Source of the DNA: Camelus dromedarius
Lineage: Eukaryota
Assembly: GCF_036321535.1 (NCBI RefSeq)
Contig: NC_087436.1
Coordinates: 108,564,001 to 108,628,000 of the forward strand
DNA length: 64,000 bases
Reading direction: 5' to 3'
The notes under the pieces are model-generated. The model worked only from the letters and a program-made list of their open reading frames with translations, was not told the DNA's origin and searched no databases. Each line of letters starts with the position of its first letter. Positions within the stretch are counted from its first letter, which is position 1. The position numbers and the translations under genes were made by a program. Shown one piece after another: positions 55,270-64,000 of the stretch.

Positions 55270-55770
55270 TATATTAGTTTCTGTGGCTGCTGTAACAAAT
55301 TACTATAAACTAGCTGGCTCACAACAACAGAAACTTATTCTCTCACCAATATGGAAACCAGAAGCCTGAAATTAAGGAGTCAGCAGGGCCACACGCCCAC
55401 CAGAGGCTCAGGGGACAATCGGTTTCTTGTCCCTTCCGGCTTCTAGTGGCTCCAGATGCTGCTTGGCTAATGACTGCCTTACTCCAGGCTCTGGCTCTGT
55501 GGTTGCATCGCCTCCCCCGCTCCTGTGTATCTGTGTCCCTCTGGACTAAGAAACCCAGAGGGACACAGTTACCTCCTTCAGTCTTACAGGAGTACATATG
55601 ATTGCGTTTAGGGCCCATTGGGATACTTCACAATCAGCTCCTCCTCTTAAGATCCTTAACTTACTCACATATGCCAAGACCCATTTTCTGAATAAGGTAC
55701 CAGTCCCAGCTTCTGGGGTTGGGACCCGGGCATATCTTTTGGGGGAGGGGGCAGGACATGATTCAGTCAA
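55270..55770 (-). mobile_element. MLT1C/D-type LTR
   Basis: tattagtttctgtggctgctgtaacaaattac...ttagggcccattgggatacttca. Confidence 0.9.
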
Positions 55771-56109
55771 AGGCTAGCTGTTTGAGGGGAGAAGGAAGGA
55801 GAGAGAGAGAGTGAGTATGATCCTCCTTAAGGATAAAAAGATCTGCTGGGGCTAAGAAGAGTCTTCACCTGCAATCAATTCCTACCTTTGCTTGAGTAAG
55901 AAACAGAGAGAGAAGTAAAGAAGAGAACAAAGGGATGACCAATGGGATGTAGAATGAAGACCACAGACTTTGAAATCAATGAGACCTGTATTCAAATGCC
56001 ACTTAGATGACTTACTGGCTATGCTATTCTGGGAGTATCTTTAAAGTGGCAGTGACGATGTCTAAAATGCAGAGTTACTTTAGCACTTACATGAAATCAT
56101 TTCTTTCTT

Positions 56110-56110
56110 C

Positions 56111-56148
<38 letters not shown>

Positions 56149-56160
56149 GTATCTATCTAT
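56110..56160. repeat. (CTAT)n tetranucleotide STR
   Basis: Directly visible. Confidence 0.95.
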
Positions 56161-56385
56161 ATTGCAGCACAGAGTATGGCACACAGGAACTCCACAGTCA
56201 TTTCTCTCAAAAATGTTTAGTTCACATTAGTTATAAACACAATTTTTTTTAAAGGGAAGACCAGATTTAGAGCCATCTTCTTCAGCTCTAATTGAATCAG
56301 TAATCTTGGCTTAATTTATTTCTCATCATTTCTTTATTTCTAATAATGACCTTATATAACAATTTAAATTTTTTTTTTCTGTAAG

Positions 56386-57900
56386 GCATTATTACTTACG
56401 CTTCTCGCCCCAGACATTGTAAATCTCAGTGGTGTCCAAGAGAAGAGGATGTAAGAATGCTCTTTAAGACAGACTTCTGTGATATTGCTATAATAAAGCA
56501 AGTTGTTGGGTTAGAATATCAGAGGCTTGCATCATAATTCATAATAGTCCAAATGATCTGTTAATGGGGTTGCTCTTTGAGTGATATATCACGTTAAAAT
56601 ATAGGGCAAAGAGTACAACAAAGTCTTTACAGAAAAATCTCTGGGGCATTTTTGCTCTTAGTAGCTGTCTTTGCTTAAGTGCCCCTAATAACATCCTCCA
56701 GTGGAAATGGAAGTGTTTGGCTAATGCAATCTCAAAATGGGAGTTGGCAACTCTTAGGGGAGTCTCCCGTGCCTTGATGAGCCATCAACTCTCGTTTCCT
56801 TTAAACACTTAAAAATCAGCATGAGAAAAAAAAATCATTACAGTTACTTCAAAACAACAAATGAGAAATTTTTAAAGTTCACTCACACCAAAGGCTAAAA
56901 TCTGAGAAGGTCAGTTTCTGCACTAGCAGGTCAATTCAGACCCACTAAAATGAGTAGACGTAAAGAACAAGTCACACGGATAGATGCGATGTACCGCACA
57001 GGAAATGCAGTCAGTATCGTGGCACAGTGACATATGAAACTAGATCATTTTGTAATGTATAAGAATATTGAATCACTCTGTTGTACATTTGAAATTAATA
57101 AAATAAGTCAATTGTACTTCAATAACATCCTCAAAAAAGAGTAGACTGCATATCTATGATAGCATCTACCTTTTCAAAGGAGAATTCATTTTTTTGAGAC
57201 CACATTATTTTTTTCTTTTTAAACACCTTTATTATGGTATGGTTCCTCTACAGTAAACTACATATAATGCCATTTGCAGCAAGAAGGAGAATTAATTTTT
57301 GAGTGTGAAATTAGTGGCATCAGAAGGGAAAATTTATCTCTTCATTTGACATAGAACTTTGAAAAGTTTGCAAACTGAAACCGTGGCTCCTTCATTTATA
57401 AAGTATGCTATTTTCAAAGATTGTCTTCAGTATCTTAATGTATGAGGCACTGTGTTTTTCTGTTTTATATTAAAAAATCCCTAATTACCCTCTCAAAGTC
57501 AGTGATCTCTTCATTAGAATGAATTGCTCTCCTCAGTATAGCATATGATGTTAAGTAAAGACTTGTTTTTGTCTTTTGTATGTCTGTAATATTTTGTCAA
57601 ATATTATACTGGAATTTCAAAGTAGTGTCACAAAAACAGAACCATGTGAACTGGCATTCTTATTAGAGCTTCTAAATAAGAGTTTGCATTGTTCAGAAGA
57701 TTTAATTTTCCCTCCCTCAATAAGTAACTTTTTCTTCCACAGTTTTAACAAAATTTGTGACTGTTGAGAGAGTAATTACAAAAAATACCACCAAAGTTAA
57801 TGGCAATTGTATTGGATTTTGTTTCTTATGCCATGCCAAAATATAATAACCCAACAATAATTACCAATGTTTTGACATTAACTATAGATATATCTAAAAA
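56386..57900 (+). pseudogene. AAA4 exon remnants (56386-~56780, ~57270-57442, ~57580-57900)
   Basis: LFKTDF..EYQRLAS; KEYNKVFTEKSLG..NNILQ-NGSVWLMQSQNGSWQLL ~ EYN....M.LVLF..RIL..P.GNALLVGVGGSGRQSL; SGIRRENLSLHLT* ~ AG......FL.TD; NILSNIIL ~ RVR.NLH.VL; FCFLCHAKI ~ C...H.SV. Poly-T acceptor ending at 56385. Confidence 0.65.
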
Positions 57901-57935
57901 ATGAACATAACTGCTAATGGGAATTTTAATTTTAG

Positions 57936-60900
57936 AACGTAAAATATTGATTCCTGTGGCAATTACATTTGTATTTGTTTTCATTCTATTTGTGAAACAC
58001 TAATGATTTGACCATTGCCATCAGAAAACTCTTTGTAGTCAACTTTATAACAACAGACTACAGTCTGGATGGAGAGGTCCTAGAAGCTCAGAAATGCTAA
58101 CGCCATGCAAGTCTTTGCACTGAACTAAATTCAGCCCTCACAGTGCGTCATGCTTCCCTATCAAAGTAATAATCTTCAGATTATTCTTCAGAGTAGACTG
58201 GAGAAAACAGGCTTTATGGGCTAGTAATTTTAAAAAGCATACTTGATCCGACATGGGATTTAAATTAAAGTTGAACATATAGAGCAGCTGTATTAACAAG
58301 TGTTGAACCCCCCCATAAATACTTTCAGAGAATATATTTTATTAATTTAGTGACACTCTTTCAGGCTTTGACTAATACTTTGTAGGGGTGTTGCTTGGCT
58401 AAATGGTGGGTGATTCAGTTTGTTTCTTGAAACTGGTACAAATGGATCCTACTGATAGCTCAAAGGATGTTTATTATGTACCTATAATATGCAAGACACT
58501 GGTTTAGAAACAATGGAAATAACAAGATTAAAATAAATACAGTAAAATAAACAAACAAAACACATATCAATGACTTTTTGTAGGATCTTATATCTTAGAA
58601 GAGACAATTCAACATGTACAAAAGTGATTAAATAAAATTTAAAGTACCGTAGTGATATAAAACATTGTAAAGATAAAGCCTTCTGTGAATTTAAGGAAGA
58701 GAGATCTTATTATCCAAAAAAGGAAGAGACGGGATAGATACTTTTAATGGAAGACGTGAGATTTGAATTGGTTATGAAAAAATTTGTAGAAGTAGGTATA
58801 ATACTGTATAATAGCATGTTATAGTGCTTACTATGTGCCTGCTATTCTAAATGCCTTCCCATGTAATAACTCATTTATTCCATTCAACAGCCCTATAAAC
58901 CTCATTTTACAGATAAGGGAATAGTGGCACCAAAGTTACATAACTTGCCTGTGGTCACAGAGTGAGCAGGTGGAGAGGTGGAGAAGCCAAGGTTCATCTC
59001 TGGCAGTCTGGGTGGGAGTCGGTCCATTTACAAATTGCTACTCAGAGAAGAGAGGGAGAACTGGTGGGGTGAGTTACTGAGTGCATTAGTTTTCTGTTGC
59101 TGCTATGACACATCACCACCATCAGTTTAGCAGCTTAAAACAACACACAGTAATTATCTTAGAGTTCTGCAGTTCAGAATTCTGAAATGGGTCTCATGGG
59201 CTAAAATCAGATGTCATCAGGGCACATTCCTTTCTGAAGTCTCTATGGAAGAATCTGTTTTTGCTGGTTTTCCCAGTTTCCAGAGGCTGTCCACATCACC
59301 AGACTTGTGTCTTCCTTCTATGTTCCAAGTCAATTGCATCGTTTTCCCCTTTGCTTCTGTTGTCTCATTTTCTTCTCTGACTCTGACTCTTCCTTTCCTG
59401 CCTCCCCCTTTCACTTATAAGGACTCTTGTGATTACAGTGGAGCCATCCAGATAGTCCAGAATAATCTTCTTAATTTATAGTCAGCTGATTAGCAACATT
59501 AATTTCATCTTCAACTTTAATTCCCCCATGCCATGCAACAATATATTCACAGGGTTTGGGAATTAAGGTGTGGTAAAGGTTAGAGGTTTATTATTCTGCC
59601 TACCACATAGAACATGAGCTTAAGTTCACTGGTAACAAAGAGAAAGATCTATTAAGGGAAAGGCAATCCACTTTGGCAGAATTTGAGAGGGGGCAGTTCA
59701 CAAACTACTAAAGAGGAGTTCAATAAATTAATATCTCTCCATCTCTCTAAAGTAATCTTTTAAGTCAGGCTAATTATTTCCCCTCCTAATTTGAAATATG
59801 CAAACTCCATAGATACCTATTAAGCATTTATTATGTACTGTGGAGGGATATAAAAACATACGGCATGCTTATATTATAATTGGCTCAATATTTAAACATT
59901 TAAATGAGTCAGTTGTATGAGATGCCAAAAAAGGATCTTAAATGTGTTGTTGAAACCATGGAAATTTTCAGGAAGATGGCCTTGTCATGGTCTTTGAAGA
60001 GTCTCCAATAAGGTACACTTCTTTTTCCTGCTTTAGCGCTAAGAGATCTGAGACACATGGAGTAAAGATGAAAGCCAAACCATGATTAGGTTGGGGCATG
60101 TGACTTACAAATATGGGTAAGTGGGACTGCTAATACAAACCACAGATTAGTCTGGACTGGGGAAGTTTGTTCTCCAAAGGGCAGGCTCCTAGATAACCTT
60201 AGAAGTCTACAGAATGGAGTAATCGAGAAGAGACCATGTTCTACACAGACAAGTTCCTTCCTAATGGAGGAGTAACTCAGTACATGTTACTTTTCCCAGT
60301 TTTACCAATCAAAACTATCATTCATCTCCCCAGGGACAGAGTAAAGGGAGAGAGAGAAGCCAGAAGTATTACATTAGAGGAATTTTCTCTTCCTGGCAGG
60401 ACATGTGAGAAGTAGGAAGAAGTATTTCCCCATAACACATCTCAAGTTCACCCTAGCCCAAAGTAACCTCGTCATTTCCCTGTCTACTTAGTTACCCAAA
60501 CTAAACACTTGAGAATCATCCTTCCCTCTTTTTCCTCTGTAATTGACTCATTCCAGTTAATCATAAAGCGTGACTTTTTTCAAATGAATTCCATCTGCCC
60601 TCTCTCTCTCCTAACACGCATCGTTATTTTACTGAAATAACTTTCACTGATGTCCTAATGTCATATTCTCCACTCAGCTATATTCCCTCCTGATAAATGT
60701 ATCTATAATTTAAATATATCCGAACATCTTATCTCCATGGGTGACTCTCTTTTAATCTTTAAGACTCATAATAAGAATCATCTCCTCTAAGCATGCTTTC
60801 TGATACTTAGGTTTTATGATGTGTCGTCTTCTGGGCTACTATGGCATCTTGGTCTGGTTCTAAAATCTCTAAAATAAAATGAATTTTATTACATTTTAAT

Positions 60901-63148
60901 CAATAATATGTGTCCTACTCTAAAGATGAGGTTAACAAGAATGATGGTTACAATATTATTACATTATGATAAAGAAGAATGGCTCCCACAGAGTAACTTA
61001 TTCTTTATAATCTTATGTATTTTTCTGAGTAGTGCTAAGCACATTTCTTATGAGATAATTAATTCTGAAAAGGAATCCTGAGAAATAAATATCACTTTAT
61101 CCATTTTACCCATGAGGAAACTGAAGGCATTAGATTTACTTAGAGTCACATAATTACTAAGTAACAAATCCAGAGTTTAAACGCCTAACACTCTGATTAT
61201 AAAACATGTCAATTTTGGCTTTAAGGTGCTTATCTAAATACTAGCAGATAAAAGAGAAAAGTAGTAAAAAAGACAATGTTTTTTGAACTTTCTATGAATT
61301 TGTAAAGGGACCCTTGTGACACTAAGCATTGTTATGTAACTTCCAGGGCTTCTGGTCTATAAATGAAATGGCTAGACTAGATGATTTCCAAAATCCCAGT
61401 GGTGACTTCCTCAAAGATGTGCACTTTTTTTTTTAATGAGATAAAAAGAACTTTATAGAATTTTCCAAGAATCAAAAACTTCCTAAATCAAATCCTCTTG
61501 TCTTTGCCTGTGGGATCCAATGCATGTGTGAAATAACATTCCTTCACAAATTAACTCTTCTGATCCTCTTGATTTACTTTGAGGCAATGGATACCAAAAG
61601 GTTGATGCCAGCACAACTTAAGTGAATGGTGGAATAAAACTCAAATACTTTTTTAAAACTAGTTTACTTATTAGATAGTGATAACTAACTCTCAAATTCA
61701 AAATGTATGGGAGCTGTTTTGGATAGCCCTTTAATTTACCACTACTGTTTACTCTGTCAACAAGATGTCTCAATAGCTGTCGGAGTCTAGATACATTGAA
61801 TGACTTCGTCATTTGGGGGTCATAATAAGGTCATCTTTGGTCTTGTTTTCTGTGCTTCTTTCATATTGTAGAGTGAAAGAGTTATAATGAGCCTAGAAAA
61901 GTCACTTAGTCAATTAACAATTATTCTGTGAGCACCTATTACATGCCTGTATTTTCTAAATGCTAAAGGAGAAACAGAAACACGTGAGACTTAGTCCTTG
62001 GCTGAGAAATTACAAGCTAGCATGGGAGAGAAGATGGCCATGACACAATTAGAAAACAGTACAGGGCAATATGTAATTAAGTACCTGATTTTGTGGTACA
62101 GGCCATAAGAGCATTAAGATTTCAGAGAAGGATGAGAGTAGAGTGGGCTGGAGTTGTCGGAGAAAGTTCAGAGGAGAGGTGAGGATGCTGGTACAGTCCT
62201 GAAGACTGGGTAGGAGGGAATGAAGGGGAATGATGGCATGGGGAGCTCAGTGTGTGTTTCGGAGATCGGCTGATAGTTACAGCTGTCTCTTGTCGGAATG
62301 AAATGGGAATTGAAGTGGACTCTAGTCCTCTTTCTCCATGTTGTGTCTTTAAACTTCACTGGATAACAAATCTAATCTTTAATTTCTGGAAACATAAATC
62401 TCATCACTAATTTCCTTTTTTTATATAACATGCAATTCTTTATCACATCACAACTTTATGTATGTAATATCACAGACTTACAAAATAAATCCTGAATTTA
62501 TTCAGTCTATTATATTTGCATTGCCTGCTCTTATGACTGCTGTTATTTCCCTCCTTAAGCATGTAATTTTTTTTATTTTATTGCTTTCCATTCTGCTGAA
62601 TGAGGAGAATATTTGCAACTATTTGAGTGTTAATGATGGAGATGAAAATAACATTTTACACCAATAAATAGCTTAACAGTTTATAAAATATTTGTACATA
62701 TGCTATCTCATTTGATCCTTATTTACAGTAGCTCTCAGAAATTGGCAAAGTGGGTGTTATCACCACTCTTTTACAGTTTTGGAAATGGACATCCAGAAAA
62801 GTTAAGTGCCTGGTTCTTAAGAAAAATAACAAGACATTAGAAGAACCAGGACTCTTAAATCTTCTGTCAGAACTCAGGAACATGTCTCCAACTGGCATAT
62901 TTCCATGTAGTATTGAGATATGGACAGTAAACCCAAAGTTAGTGTATTTTCTAACTTCTACTTGGATTCAGAATAGCCCAGGCATTATATGATTTTTTAA
63001 ATAACATAATGACCATTGTATTCAAATGAAGAGAGATTAATCTTTAAAAATCTGCACATTTGGTACAAAGATTAGTACCATACACAAACTGACCAGATAC
63101 AGTTGGATAAGGCACTGATTTGTCCTATTTTCTCATAAGTGCAATGAG
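57936..63148 (+). pseudogene. Stalk CC1, MTBD, CC2 and AAA5-start exon remnants (57936-58165, 59913-60012, 60926-60992, ~61440-61700, ~62474-62562, ~62950-63148)
   Basis: RKILIP..TF..FILF...NRLQSG-EVLE..LCTEL ~ R..Y.TP.S.L..I..F...RL..GL.KL...L..EL; DAKKDLKCVVETME ~ DA..DL..A.PALE; LLHYDKEE ~ L..YDKD; FACGIQCMCEI ~ S.AC..LC.WV; ALMTAVISLL ~ D.LL.AA.ISY; STWIQNSP..HN..RD*SLKICTFG ~ W...GLP.D..EN...RWPL.IDPQG. Confidence 0.7.
59081..59607 (-). mobile_element. MLT1D-type LTR
   Basis: gtgcattagttttctgttgctgctatgac...ttattctgcctaccaca. Confidence 0.9.
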
Positions 63149-63224
63149 GTTAATACCAGCCTTTTGTATTCCCCCTCTGATAAAGCAGGGAGTAGAAACA
63201 CACATTGAAAAGAGGTAACTTCCA

Positions 63225-64000
63225 ACTTCTGCTTCCAGAAAGATGGAGTACATGTACTTTCCCCCATTCCTCTTGTTTGGTACAGCTCAAAATCCTGGAC
63301 TATGTATGTAACAAACCGAAGCAGATTCTAATAGAGGTAGAGTAGAAAGCAGACTAGTTAGCAGGACCATAGGACTCAAGAAATGACACAGTGAGGAACC
63401 CAGCAACTTGGAGCTACCAATAGCTGCAGACAAAAGAAGCCCGAAGCAAACTTGCTCTCTTTAGCCGAAGAAGCAGGTCAGGGGCACCCAAGCAAAACAG
63501 AAGCATTTCAGGCAACAGTTCCACTCCAGCCAAACACCACCAAAAACACTTTGGCCCCATTCGCAACCATACCAGCAGAAGACTAGTGGACAGTCTAGAC
63601 TTCTACTGTCAGTAGGCTGTAATAAGTTACCCCAGCACACCAGGGTGATGTTAGAGAAGGCCCAGCGGGGAACCCCAACCCTTACAGTGACAGTGGGGAC
63701 AACGTGGGGAGCCTGGACATCCAGTGACATCTGACCGACAACTAAGATACACTGATGAAAGAAACTGAAGAAGATCTAAATACATGCAGAGGCATGCAGG
63801 CTATGAGGACACAGCATAGCAAAAATGTCAGTTCTCCCTAAATTGATATATAGGCTTAACACAATTTCTATTAAAATCCCAGCAAGAGATTTGTACACAT
63901 AGGCACTATCATCCTAAAATTTATATAGGAAGTTCAGGGAAACTACAGTGGTTAAGATCCTTTTGCAAAGGAAGAAAAAAGTGGGTGGGATCATTCTACC
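63225..64000 (+). mobile_element. Old L1: 5'-region fragment followed by ORF2 fragment
   Basis: acttctgcttccagaaagatggag start; ORF2 text ctgatgaaagaaactgaagaagatctaaa...atgtcagttctccctaaattgatatatagg. Confidence 0.8.

Larger units (their letters stand above)
8055..63148 (+). pseudogene. Unprocessed, heavily decayed axonemal dynein heavy chain pseudogene (DHC_N1 tail to start of AAA5; 3' part outside the window)
   Basis: About 45 exon remnants between repeats translate (with stops/frameshifts) to DHC-like motifs in the correct domain order. Many are flanked by polypyrimidine-AG and GT(A/G)AG sites. Motif comparison is by eye against recalled DNAH consensus. Confidence 0.85.

Noticed and set aside
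62474..62520. YKINPEF as the MTBD NP.F motif
   Set aside because: By order the MTBD end is already matched at ~61440-61560 (FACGIQCMC); this exon fits the CC2 end better. The assignment remains ambiguous.
1..64000. Prokaryotic-type systems (CRISPR, operons, IS elements) or intact retroviral/L1 ORFs
   Set aside because: The DNA is mammalian; I saw no spacer-repeat arrays and no long intact ORFs.

Overview
Eutherian genomic DNA, AT-rich and repeat-dense. A tRNA-Ala-derived Vic-1-type SINE and young L1 3' ends point to a camelid. I see no intact protein-coding gene; the supplied ORFs are repeat-derived or chance. The non-repeat islands between the L1/L2/MIR/MLT/MER fossils are not random. Translated by hand on the + strand, about 45 of them are decayed exons (stops, frameshifts, many AG/GT splice sites still present). 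They align in strict order with an axonemal dynein heavy chain: DHC_N1 tail (8-15 kb), tail (25-33 kb), DHC_N2 linker (33-37 kb), AAA1 (38-40 kb), AAA2 (41-47 kb), AAA3 (49-55 kb), AAA4 (56-58 kb), stalk/MTBD (58-62.6 kb) and the start of AAA5 (63 kb). The window therefore appears to hold a >55 kb ancient unprocessed pseudogene of a long-tailed dynein heavy chain that runs off the 3' end. Protein comparisons use DNAH consensus motifs recalled from memory, not a database search. Single exons are individually weak; the colinearity is the main evidence.
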